From Macrostomum lignano (Eukaryota): a DNA stretch of 64,000 nucleotides. A model generated the notes under the pieces. That model worked only from the letters and a program-made list of their open reading frames with translations, searched no databases and had not been told where the DNA came from. Position numbers and translations under genes: made by a program. The stretch's first letter is position 1. Each line of letters opens with the position of its first letter. The stretch lies in contig NIVC01000362.1 of assembly GCA_002269645.1 (NCBI GenBank), positions 310,001 through 374,000 of the forward strand. Reading direction: 5' to 3'. This document shows positions 1 to 12,441 of this stretch, piece after piece.

Positions 1-992
1 ACTAGTTATTAGTAACTATTGAGTCTTAGTTGAGCACTGCTCCTAAGTACTAAGTTAGGGTAGCCAACTAAATCTTAGCTATATAACAAACTGTGTTAGT
101 AAGGACACAGGAGGCCGAGCTTATCTTTGTGTTTTGTTTATTACTTTTGCTAAGGTTAATATCATTTTCTGCTGGTGCGCTAGTTTCAATATTTGTTAAT
201 TTATCGTTTAATAATTACATTTGATAGTTTATTAAGTTACTGTTCAACTTAAGCTCAAGTGCTAATTCAAGTTATTCAAGTCTCTTTAATAGCGATTTTG
301 GCTCAGTCATTTTAATCATAGCTTCGATTGGTGGCAGCGAACTACCTTTCGTGACATATTTAGTTTGGGAATTGATTATCGATACATTGGGGAACGTAAC
401 TCATCAAGGCATTGCTCTATCAGACCATCTCAGGGTACCGCTCTTCGACTGGTGCAAAATAAGCAGTTTAGCCTTAGGCCAATTCTCGGAAAGCTACCGA
501 AAGTTAAAGTTATTTGGGACTCTTGTCCACCCGGAAATAGAGGAACCAGTCACTCCGCTCACTAAGAGTTCGCGGACAAGAGGTCCGTCTGAGCAAGGTC
601 AGACGCTGAATCATCAGAGTGCTAGAGTGCGTGTGAGTCATAGTCTACCGACAAACAAAGACTCTAGGAACCACGAGGCCCAGAGAAAAACTATATTTCC
701 GCGGACCATAGGGCCCATAGGAAATTATAGGGCACTCGCGACAGGAGGTCCATTTGAGCTCTGCGCCGGAGTTAATATTCTTGGTAGACTACTCGCCAGC
801 AGTAGCCAATTAAGTTATAGCGTTAGTCGCAATTTCATAGGTAAAGTTAGTAGCCAACACCGGAACCCCTTATTAACGAGCGTAACACCTTTTACAATTG
901 GTTTCTTAGCGGTGGAATTTAGAGGCTACCACCGGAACCATTTATTAAAAATCCACCCGTTTACAATATTCATTACTTTATATCATTATTAG
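1..992 (+). mobile_element. Possible LTR-retrotransposon 5' fragment (LTR end, primer-binding site, leader/degenerate ORF)
   Basis: TGGTGGCAGCG at 329-339 is complementary to the 3' end of eukaryotic tRNA-Leu (...CGCTGCCA-CCA), a known Gypsy-type PBS. It is preceded by an AT-rich stretch with TATATAA (80-86) and followed by a 213-codon ORF (351-992) with no motif I recognise. No second LTR is visible. Confidence 0.3.
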
Positions 993-1222
993 AGTACTAT
1001 ATTATTAACAGTAGAACTACCAAGAGGGGGAATCCCCCATCCCTGCATGACAATTTTTTTCTGCGCGTTCTATAGTTTTTTAGTTGTGTGGTTTTATTTC
1101 TCTAGTTTCGCTGATCGCTCGACTGTGGGCAAGCCTCAACTGCTGGACATCCTCAGCTAGTCTCTCAAGCATTCCGTCATCACCCTGACGCCGCACCCTG
1201 ACGCCGTCGGCACCTTCAACAG

Positions 1223-1360
1223 ATATCGATCTGCCTTATAAAATCACATGTATTTTAAATGGGAGCACATCGAAAATCGGTGCCATTTCGAGCCAGAGTG
1301 ACAGATCGAGCTGAAACTGTATATTTATCGGTTTCTGGTTTGCATTTTTAGTGTATAAAA
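1223..1360. repeat. Left part of an interrupted ~178 bp host tandem repeat (target of the Helitron stack)
   Basis: ATATCGATCTGCCTTATAAAATCACATG...TTTTAGTGTATAAAA matches 20414-20552. The remainder of this copy resumes at 20380. Confidence 0.9.
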
Positions 1361-2879
1361 CTAGCAATCTACGCCCCCCGTTGGGGAGCCAAAGAAATGT
1401 AATACACGTTTTTTTAATAAGCTACTGTAGTCTTGAAATCTTAAAAAATCTCCTGTCAAACTTTTAACACTAACCCTAACCCTAAACAAAACCCTAAATT
1501 CAATATTTTGTCCATGGGTTGTTGCATGATGCTTCTATAATTTTTACATGACGCTTCCATTATTTTTGCATCATGCTTCCATGATAAACATTTTTAATAA
1601 GCTACATGAGCTAAAGTTATAAACTACTCTAACCCTAACCCTAACACGAATCTTAACGCAATAACCCTGAACCTAACCCTAAACCTAAACCATAATACCA
1701 ACCGAACACTAACCCTACAGCCTGACATCTGCATAAGTTTGTAAAGCGCTAGTAGTATTTTTTAGCTTAGTATCTTAGCGTCGGGGAGCCAAAAATGCAG
1801 TACAAGTTTTGTAATAAAGTACATGTAGAATCTTTTTGCAATATATATCAGAAGCCCCTTGTAAGCCTTGACATGTCAGTAATTCCCCCCCCCCCCACAA
1901 GCTTTAACATATCAACTTCCCCCTTGAAATTTCAGCAATGCCCCCCAATAAGCCTTGAAATCTAAAAAAAATCTGTCAAACTTCTAACCCTAACCTTACC
2001 CTAACCCTAACCCTAACCCTAAAGCATTGAAATTTCAGTAATTCTCTCCAACAGTCATTATAGCACTACAGCATTATAGCGATTCCCTGCAAGCCTCGAC
2101 ATTGTAGGGATTCCCAAATGAATCTCTTAACTTCAACATGAAGCTTCTTATTTTTTACATTACGCTTTTTCTATCAGCGATCCCTCCCGTGAGGAGCTAA
2201 CAAATTATGAAAAATAACTTTTTAATAGACTACATGTAGCTTCTGACTTTAGCCTTGAAATCTCATTTATACCCCCGTGAGCCTTGACATCTCATTTATT
2301 CCCCCATGAGCCTTGACATCTCAGCTATTCCCCCCATAAGCCTTGAAATGTCAGCAATGCCCCCCATAAACCTTGATATCTGAAAAATCCCCTGTTAACT
2401 TTGAAACCCGCTAAAATCTAACCCTCAACCCAAACCTGACCTAAACCTAACTTTAACCCAACCTATAAAAGCCTTGAAATCTCAGCAATTCTTCTCCCCT
2501 AAGCCTTGACAATTTAGTGATTCTTTCTTCCAGAATCACAGCACTAATAGCGATTCCCTCCAAGCCTTGACATCGTAGCAATTCCCAAATGAATCTTTTA
2601 ACTTCGACATGAATCTTCTTTTATGTATACATAGTGCTTCTTTTCTTTTTTATATGACTCTTCTTCTATCAGCGCCCCCCCCCCGTGGCGAGCCAACAAA
2701 GAATGTAATAAAAAATTGAGTAAAGTACATGTACTTTGAAGTAGCTTCTGACTTTTGCTTTGACATCTCAGAAACCCCCCTCCGTAATCTCAGTTATTCT
2801 CCGTGAGCCTTGACATCTCAGTAAGTCTCCCCAGCACAGCACAGCTTCATTTAATTTTTACATTACACTTCTTTCATGT

Positions 2880-4178
2880 CTGACATGACGCTTCTTTTGA
2901 TTTTTACATGACGCGTCTTTTATTCTTCCATGACGCTTCTTTTATTCTTCCATGACGCTTCTATGATTGTTTACATGACGCTTCTATGATTTTTTAAATG
3001 ATGCTTCTATGATTTTTAAATGACGCTTCTATGATGTTTTACATGACGCTTCTATGATTTTTTACATGACACTTCTATGATTTTTACGTGACGCTTTCAT
3101 GATTTTTTACAATGCGCTTCTATGATTTTTTACATGACGCTTCTATGATTTTTTACATGACGCTTCTATGATTGTTTACATGACGATTCTATAATTGTTT
3201 ACATGACGCTTCTATGATTTTTTACATGACACTTCTATGATTTTTTACATGACGCTTCTGTGATTGTTTACATGACGATTCTATGATTGTTTACATGACG
3301 CTTCTATGATTTTTTACATGACACTTCTATGATTTTTTACATGACGCTTCTATTATTTTTTACATGACGCTTCTATGATTGCTTACATGACGCTTCTATG
3401 ATTTTTTACATGACGCTTCTATGATTGTTTACATGACGCTTCTATGATTGTTTACATGACGCTTCTATGATTTTTTACAATGCGCTTCTATGATTTTTTA
3501 CATGACGCTTCTATGATTTTTTCCATGACGCTTCCATGATTGTTTACATGACGCTTTAACGATTTTTTACATAACACTTCCATGATTTTTAACATGACGC
3601 TTCTATGATTGTTTACATGACGCTTCTATGATTGTTTACATGACGCTTCTATGATTTTTTCACATGGCGCTTCTATGATTTTTTACATGACGCTTCTATG
3701 ATTGTTTACATGACGCTTCTATGATTTTTTACATGACGCTTTCATGATTGTTTACATGACGCTTCTATGATTTTTTACATGACGCTTCTATGATTGTTTA
3801 CATGACGCTTCTATGATTGTTTACATGACGCTTCTATGATTGCTTACATGACGCTTCTATGATTTTTTACATGACGCTTCTATGATTGTTCACATGACGC
3901 TTCTATGATTTTTTCCATGACGCTTCTATTATTTTTTACATGACGCTTCTATGATTTTTTCCATGACGCTTCTATGATTTTTTCCATGACGCTTCTATGA
4001 TTGCTTACATGACGCTTCTATGATTTTTTACATGACGCTTCTATTATTTTTTACATGACGCTTCTATGATTTTTTACATGACGCTTCTATTATTTTTTAC
4101 ATGACGCTTCTATGATTTTTTACATGACGCTTCCATGATTTTTTACATGACGCTTCTATGCTTTTTTACATGACGCCT
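2880..4178. repeat. 23 bp minisatellite (ATGACGCTTCTATGATT[G/T]TTTAC) inside A1
   Basis: About 55 near-identical 22-24 bp units read directly from the sequence. Confidence 0.97.
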
Positions 4179-4215
4179 TTTGTCCTTTATTTGTCCTTTA
4201 ATAAAAGCTTTTAAT

Positions 4216-4295
4216 AAAAAAACTTTTCACTACTAAGATTCGAACCCAGGTCGCTGCATTTGCAGTCCAGTCTGTTCACATCTAGGCTAGCTATT
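4216..4295 (-). other. tRNA-derived (Pol III A/B-box) cassette inside Helitron A1
   Basis: Minus strand: TAGCTAGCCTAGATGTG (A-box-like), CTGGA-CTGCAAA-TGCAG (anticodon-arm-like, GCA), GGTTCGAATC (B box), then a T7 run (4222-4216). There is no proper acceptor stem. Homologous copies are at ~8110-8190, ~11875-11935, ~16470-16550, ~19805-19873 and ~38100-38190 (+ strand). Confidence 0.6.
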
Positions 4296-4770
4296 ATCGA
4301 ATTTATAAATGAAATTGTAGCACTTATATAATTCAACACCCACTCACGAAGCAGTTATGACATAATAAATTTCCCAGGCAAGTCAGTATCAGTCTCAATT
4401 AAAGTTAACAATATGGTTACACAATTTAAATCAAGTCTGGTGCTACGCTTCCACACTGCATTTTCAATTCAAGTCGGAGTTACAATTCAGTTATGATGCA
4501 ATCTATTTCAGAATCAGAATTCAACCAGTCAGTTTTTTCTCTAGCATTCTTACAATGCATTTCAGGTCGAAAAGTTTGCTTGACCTTTGCAAAAAAGCAT
4601 GTTTTTCGAATATTTAATGCCTCTAGCATCGAGCAATTTCTTAGCCACGATGCATGTACTGTCACGGGAGAATTTCTGATCGAACAGTGCAAGTCTCATG
4701 AAAATCGGTCCAGCCATTTTTTCTTTAATCGATTACAAGCAAGCAAGATTTTCATTTTTAGTATATTGGA

Positions 4771-7700
4771 CTAGCAATCTTCGCCCCCCGTTGGGGGACA
4801 TCTGTATAGAATCTCTGTTCTCTACAAGGAATAAGAAGATAGCCAAATAAAGCTTTCACAAAAGAAACAGACAAACTACTCAAATGAAGTGCAATGCAAA
4901 AAGAAATCATCCCAAGACAGCAAGCATCCCCCAGATGGCAAGCATCCCTCAGATTGCAAGCATCCCCCAGATAGAAAGCATCCCCCAGATAGATAGCATC
5001 CCCAAATAGCAAGCATCCACCAGACAATAAGTATCTAGTGCGACAATTTCCTTAGCAATATAGGGGCTCCTTTAAAATTCGCTCACTTTTATGTTTGAAA
5101 TTGTGTATCTTTTATGTTCGACATGGTGGCTCTTAAATGTTCGACACGATGGCACTTTAATGTTTGACATGGTGGCTCTTTAATGATTGACATGGTAGCC
5201 CTTTAATGTTCAACATAGTGGCTCTTTAATGTTTGAAATGGTCGTTTTTATGTTTTACATTGTGGCTCTTTAATGCTCAACATAGTGGCTCTTTTATGTT
5301 TGAAATAAAGTCTCTTATATGTTTCACATGGTGGCTCTTTAATGTTCGACATGGAGTCACATATATGTTTGACATGGTGGCTCCATAATGTTCGACATGG
5401 AGTCACATATATGTTTGACATGGTGGCTCCATAATGTTCGACATGGTGGCTCTTTAATGTTCGACATGAAGTCATGTATATGTTTGATATAGAGTCACAT
5501 ATATGTTTTACATAGTGGCTCTTTTATGTTTGAAATGGTGGCTCTTTAATGTTTGATGTGGTGGCTCTTTAATGTTCGACATGGTGGCTCCTTAATGTTC
5601 GACACGATGGCTCTTTAATGATTGACATGGTGACTCTTTAAAATTCAAAATGGTGGCTCTTTAATGTTTGACATGGCGACTCTTTAATGTTCAAAATGGT
5701 GGCTCTTTTCTGTTTGACATGATGGTTCTTTTATGTTTGAAATGAAGTCACTTATTTGTTTGACATGGTGAATCTTTTAAATGTTTTACAGGGTGGCTCT
5801 TTAATTTTCAACATGGTGGCTCTTTAATGTTTGACATGGTGGCTCTTCAATGTTTGACATGGTGGCTCTTTAATGTTTGACATTGTGGCTCTTTAATAAT
5901 CAACAAAGTGGCTCTTTATTTTTTGACATGGTGACTCTCTAATGTTCAAAATGGTGGCTCTTTAATGTTTGACATGGTGGCTCTTTAATGTTCAACATAG
6001 TGGCTCTTTTATGTTTTACATGGTGGCTCCTTTATGTTCGACATGGTGGCTCTTTAATGTTCGACACGATGGCACTTTAATGTTCGACATGGTGGCTCTT
6101 TTATATTAGACATGGTGGCTCTTTTATGTTCTACATGGTGGCTCTTTAATGTTTGACATGGTGACTCTTTAATGTTCAAAATGGTGGCTCTTTAATGTTT
6201 GACATGGTGGCTCTTTAATGTTCGACATGGTGGCTCTAATGTTTAACATGGTGGCTCTTTGATGTTTGACATGGTGGCTCTTTAATGTTTGACATGGCGG
6301 CTCTATTATGTTTGACATGGTGGCTCTTTAATTTTTGACATTGTGGCTCTTTAATGTTCGACATGGTGGCTCTTTAATGTTTGACATGGTGGCTCTTTAA
6401 TGTTAGACATGGAGTCACGTATATGCTTGGCGTGGTGGCACTTTATGTTTAGCATTTTGTGTTTTGAAGGTGTTTTAACAAAAAAATTATTATTAATTAT
6501 TATTATTATTTTGCTCTAATTAGATTCGAACCTCTGTTCTCTACAAGTAACAAAAAGACAGCCAAAAAATCCTTCACAAAGACAACAGACAAACTGCTCA
6601 AATGAAGTGCATTGCAAAAAGAAATCATCCCAAGACCGCAAGCATCCCCCAGATAGCAAGCCTCCTTCAGATAGCAAGCATCCCCCAAATAGCAAGCATT
6701 CACCAGATAGCAAGCATCCCTCAGATAGCAAGCATCCCCAGATAGCAAGCATCCCTCAGATAGCAAGCATCCCCCAGATAGCAAGCATCCCCAGATAGCA
6801 AGCATCCCCAGATAGCAAGCGTCCCCCAGACAATAAGTATTGTAGCTAGTTCAACAATTTTCTTAGCTTTATAGTGGCTCCTTTAAATTGGCATGGCGCT
6901 TTATACCTTTACATTTAAAATTGTATATCTTTAATGTTTGACATGATGGCTTTTTAATGTTTGAAATGGTGGCTCTTCTATGTTTGACATGGTGGCTCTT
7001 TTATGTTAGACATAGTGGCTCTTTTAGGTTTGAAATGGTGGCTCTTTAATGTTCGCCATGGTGGCTCTTTAATGTTTGACATGGTGGCACTTTTATGTTT
7101 GACATGGTGGCACTTTTATGTTTGACATGGTGGCTCTTTAATGTTCGCCATGGTGGCTCTTTAATGTTTGACATGGTAGCTCTTTTATGTTTGACATGGT
7201 GGCTCTTTTATGTTGGCATGGTGTCTCTTTTATGTTTAATGTTTGACATGGTGGCTCTTCTATTTTTGACATGGTGTCTCTTGTATGTTTGACATGGTGG
7301 CTATTTTGTGTTCGACATGATAGCTCTTTAATGTTTGACATAGTGGCTCTTCTATGTTTGACATGGTAGCTTTTTAATGTTGACATCGCAGCTCTTCTAT
7401 GTTTGACATGGCGGCTCTTTTACGTTTGAAATGGTGGCTCTTTAATGTTTGACATTGTGGCTCTTTAATGTTTGACATGGTGGCTTTTTAATGTTCGACA
7501 TGGTGGCTTTTTAATTTTTGACATGGTGACTCTTTTAGTTTTAAAATGGTGGTTCTGTAATGTTTGACATGCGGGCTTGTTAATGTTCGACTAGGTGGCT
7601 CTTTAATGTTTGACATGTTGGCTCTTCTATGTTTGACATGGTGGCTCTTTTATGTTTGACATGGTGGATCTTTTAATGGTCGACATGGTGGCTCTTTTAT

Positions 7701-8671
7701 GTTTGACATGGTGGCTTTTTTGTTTGACATGGTGGCTCTTCTATGTTTGACATGGTGGCTCTTTAATGTTTTACATGGTGACTCTTTTATGTTCTGCATG
7801 GTGGCTCTTTAATGTTCGACATGGTGGCTCTTTTATGTTCGTTCGACATGGTGGCTCTTTAATGTTTGATAAGGTGGCTCTTTAATGTTTTACATGGTGA
7901 CTCTTTTATGTTCTGCATGGTGGCTCTTTAATGTTCGACATGGTGGCTCTTTTATGTTCGTTCGACATGGTGGCTCTTTAATGTTTGACAAGGTGGCTCT
8001 TTAATGTTTGACATGGTGGCCCTTTTATGTTCGACATGGTGGCTCTTCTATATTTGACATGGCGCTTCTTTTATGATTAGCAATTTTATCTTTTCAAGGT
8101 GTTTTAATAAAAAATCATTTTGCGCTACTAAGATTCGAACCCAGGTCGCTTTATTAGCAGTCCAGTCTGTTCGCATCTAGGCTATCTTTTTTCAATTGGA
8201 GCACATGAATTGTGGCCCTTATAATTCAATTCTTACAGCAAGTCGGTTAGAGTAAAAAGTTATGACATAATCAATTTCTCAGTCAGCCAGAATCAGTCTC
8301 AATTGAAGTTAGCAATATGGTTACGCAATTTTAACCAAGTCGTGTGTGCATTTCTTCGACACTGTGTTCAATTTGTTGTGATGCAATCTTTATCAGAATT
8401 GAAATTCAGCCAGTCAGTTATTTCTCTAGCATTCTTACAATGCATTTCAAGTCGAAAATTTTGCTTGACCTTTGCAAAAAAGCATGTTTTTCGAATATTT
8501 AATCCCTTTAACATTGGGCAATTTCTTAGCCAAGATGCATGTACCGTGCCAGGAAAATTTCTGATCGAATGGTGCAAGTTTGAAGAAAATCGGTTGAGCC
8601 AATTTTTCTGAAATCTATCGCATACCCACATACCCACATACCCACAGACAACTCATTTTTAGTATATAGGA
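4771..8671 (-). mobile_element. Non-autonomous Helitron unit A2 (internally duplicated)
   Basis: 5' TCCTATATACT at 8671, preceded by A. 3' hairpin at 4783-4797 plus CTAG 4774-4771, abutting the TC of A1. Segment ~4813-6530 is repeated at ~6533-8140. It has 18 bp AGCAAGCATCCCCCAGAT repeats and a 23 bp ATGTTTGACATGGTGGCTCTTTA minisatellite. Confidence 0.85.
5105..8065. repeat. 23 bp minisatellite (ATGTTTGACATGGTGGCTCTTTA), two arrays at ~5105-6440 and ~6930-8065
   Basis: Directly visible tandem units. Confidence 0.95.
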
Positions 8672-8676
8672 TTTCA

Positions 8677-11600
8677 CTAGCAATCTACGCCCCCCGTTGG
8701 GGAGCCAAAGAAATGCAATACACGTTTCTTTAATAAGCTACATGTATCCTTGAAATCTTAAAAAATCTCCTGTCAAACCTTGTAAGCCTTGACATGTCAG
8801 TAATCCCCCCCCACAAGCTTTAACATATCAACTCCCCCCCTTGACATCTCAGCAATGCAATGGATTCCCAAATGAATCTCTTAACTTCGACATGAAGCTT
8901 CTTTTATTTTTTACATTACGCTTTTTTATCAGCGATCCCTCCCCTGAGGAGGCATCAAATAATGTAATAAAAAGTTTTCAATAAACTACATGTAGCTTCT
9001 GACTTTATCCTTGAAATCTCATTTATACCCCCGTGAGCCTTGACATCTCTCAGCTATCCCCCCCGTAAGCCTTGACATGTCAGCGATGCCCCCCATAAAC
9101 CTTGAAATCTGAAAAATCCCCCGTTAACCTTGAAACCCGATAAAATATAACCCTCAACCCACACCTGACCTAAACCTAACTTTAACCCAACCTAAAGCCT
9201 TGAAATCTCAGCAATTCTTCTCCCCTAAGCCTTGACATTTTAGTGATTCCTTCTTTAAGAATCACAGCACTATAACGATTTCCACCTAGCTTTGACATCG
9301 TAGCAATTCCCAAATGAATCTTTTAACTTTGACATGACTTTTCTTTTATGTATGCATAGTGCTACTTTTATTTTTTACATAACTCTTCTTCTATCAGCGC
9401 CCCCCCCGTGGCGAGCCAACAAAGAATGCAATAAAAAAATTGAGTAAAGTACATGTACTTTGAAGTAGCTTCTGACTTTTGCTTTGACATCTCAGAAACC
9501 CCCCCCCCCGTAATCTCAGTTATTTTCTGTGAGCCTTGACGTCTCAGTTTTTCTCCCCAGCACAGCATTATAGCTGCATTTAATTTTTCCATGACACCCT
9601 TCATGTCTGACATGACGCTTCTTTTATTCTACCATGATGCTTCTTAATTTTTTAAATGACACTTTCATTAGTTTTTAAATGACGCTTCTATGATTTTTTC
9701 ACGACGCTTCTATGATTGTTTACATGACGCTTCCATGATTGTTTACATGACGCTTCTATGATTGTTTACATGACGCTTCTATGATTTTTACATGACGCTT
9801 CTATGATTGTTTACATGACGCTTCTATGATTTTTTACATGACGCTTCTCTGATTGTTTACATGACGCTTCTATGATTGTTTACATGACGCTTCTATGATT
9901 CATTACATGACGCTTCTATGATTGTTTACATGACGCTTCTATGATTCATTACATGACGCTTCTATGATTTTTTACATGACGCTTCTATGATTCATTACAT
10001 GACGCTTCTATGATTGTTTACATGACGCTTCTATGATTCATTACATGACGCTTCTATGATTCATTACATGACGCTTCTATGATTGTTTACATGACGCTTC
10101 TATGATTTTTACATGACGCTTCTATGATTGTTTACATGACGCTTCTATGATTTTTTACATGACGCTTCTATGATTGTTTACATGACGCTTCTATGATTTT
10201 TATATGACGCTTCTATGATTGTTTACATGACGCTTCTATGATTTTTTAAATGACGTTTTTTTGATTTTTAAATGACGCTTCTATGATTTTTTACATGACT
10301 CTTCTTCTATCAGCGCCCCCCCCGTGGCGAGCCAACAAAGAATGCAATAAAAAAATTGAGTAAAGTACATGAACTTTGAATTAGCTTCTGACTTTTGCTT
10401 TGACATCTCAGAAACCCCCCCCCCGTAATCTCAGTTATTTTCTGAGAGCCTTGACGTCTCAGTTTTTCTCCCCAGCACAGCATTATAGCTGCATTTAATT
10501 TTTCCATGACACCCTTCATGTCTGACATGACGTTTCTTTAATTCTACCATGATGCTTCTTAATTTTTTAAATGACGCTTTCATTAGTTTTTAATGACGTT
10601 TTTTTGATTTTTATATGACGCTTCTATGATTTTTATATGACGCTTCTACGATTTTTACATGACGCTTTTATGATTTTTACATGACGCTTCTATGATTTTT
10701 TACATGACGCTTCTATGATTTTCTACATGACGCTTCTACGATTTTTTACATGACGCTTCTATGATTTTTTACATGACGCTTCTATGATTGTTCACATGAC
10801 GCTTCTATGAGTTTTAAATGACGCTTCTATGATTGTTTACATGACGCTTCTATGATTGTTTACATGACGCTTCTATGATTGTTTATATGACACTTCTATG
10901 ATTGTTTACATGACGCTTCTATGATTGTTTACATGACGCTTCTATGATTTTTCACATGACGCTTCTATGATTGTTTATATGACGCTTCTATGATTTTAAT
11001 ATGACGCTTCTATGATTGTTTATATGACGCTTCTATGATTGTTTATATGACGCTTCTATGATTTTTTATATGACGCTTCTATGATTTTTACATGACGCTT
11101 CTATGATTGTATACATGACGCTTCTATGATTGTTTACATGACGCTTCTATGATTTTTTACATGACGCTTCTATGATTGTATACATGACGCTTCTATGATT
11201 GTTCACATGACGCTTCTATGAGTTTTAAATGACGCTTCTATGATTGTTTACATGACGCTTCTATGATTGTTTACATGACGCTTCTATGATTGTTTATATG
11301 ACACTTCTATGATTGTTTACATGACGCTTCTATGATTGTTTACATGACGCTTCTATGATTTTTTACATGACGCTTCTATGATTGTTTGTATGACGCTTCT
11401 ATGATTTTAATATGACGCTTCTATGATTGTTTATATGACGCTTCTATGATTGTTTATACGACGCTTCTATGATTTTTTACATGACGCTTCTATGATTTTT
11501 TACATGACGCTTCTATGATTGTATACATGACGCTTCTATGATTGTTTACATGACGCTTCTATGATTTTTTACATGACGCTTCTATGATTTTTTACATGAC

Positions 11601-12441
11601 GCTTCTATGATTTTTATATAACGCTTCTACGATTTTTACATGACGCTTCTATGATTTTTTACGTGACGCTTCTATGATTTTTTACATGACGCTTCTATGA
11701 TTTTTTACATGACGCTTCTATGATTTTTTAAATGACGCTTTTATGATTGTTTACATGACGCTTCTATGATTGTTTACATGACGCTTCTATGATTCATTAC
11801 ATGACGCTTCTTTTAAAAAAGTCTTTTAGTTTTCCTGACGTTGAAAAGCTTTAATTAAAAAAATTATACTCTATGAAAATTCGAACCATCGTCGCTGCAT
11901 TTAGCAGTTCAGTTTGTTCACCTCTAGGCTAGCTCTCATCGTTTTGATAACATCAAATTTTGCACTTATATAATTCAACATTTTAAAATCCAAGCATAGA
12001 GTAAATCACACGAAGCAGTTATGACATAATCAATTTCTCAGTCAGTCAGTATCAGTTAACAATATGGTTACGCAATTTAAATCAAGTCTGGTGCTAGGCT
12101 TCCACACTGCATTTTCAATTCAAGTCGGAGTTACAATTCAGTTATGATGCAATCTATTTCAGAGTCAGAATTCAACCAGTCAGTTTTTTCTCTAGCATTC
12201 TTACAATGCATTTCAAGTCAAAAAGTTTGCTTGACCTTTGCAAAAAAGCATGTTTTTCGAATATTTAATGCCTTTAGCATTGAGCAATTTCTTAGCCACG
12301 ATGCATGTACCGTCACGGGAAAATTTCTGATCGAACAGTGCAAGTTCGAACAAAATCGGTCCAGCCATTTTTTCTCTAATCGATCACATAGATAGATAGA
12401 TAGATAGATAGACACAGACAGACCATTTTTAGTATATAGGA
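8677..12441 (-). mobile_element. Non-autonomous Helitron unit B1
   Basis: CTAG at 8677-8680 with a hairpin; 5' TC at 12441. (GATA)n/(GACA)n microsatellite near the 5' end (12388-12422). Internal duplication ~9380-10298 versus 10299-11812. Same 23 bp minisatellite as A1. Confidence 0.85.

Larger units (their letters stand above)
1361..4770 (-). mobile_element. Non-autonomous Helitron unit A1
   Basis: Minus strand begins TCCAATATACTAAAA (4770) and ends with a GC hairpin (CCCC-AAC-GGGG, ~1373-1389) then CTAG (1364-1361) followed by T. The 5' ~600 bp (4180-4770) is conserved with the other units. It contains TAACCC tracts and a 23 bp minisatellite, and no RepHel ORF. Confidence 0.85.

Noticed and set aside
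4231-4295. Functional tRNA-Cys/Ser genes in the Helitrons
   Set aside because: No complete acceptor or T stems can be formed; kept only as a tRNA-derived cassette.
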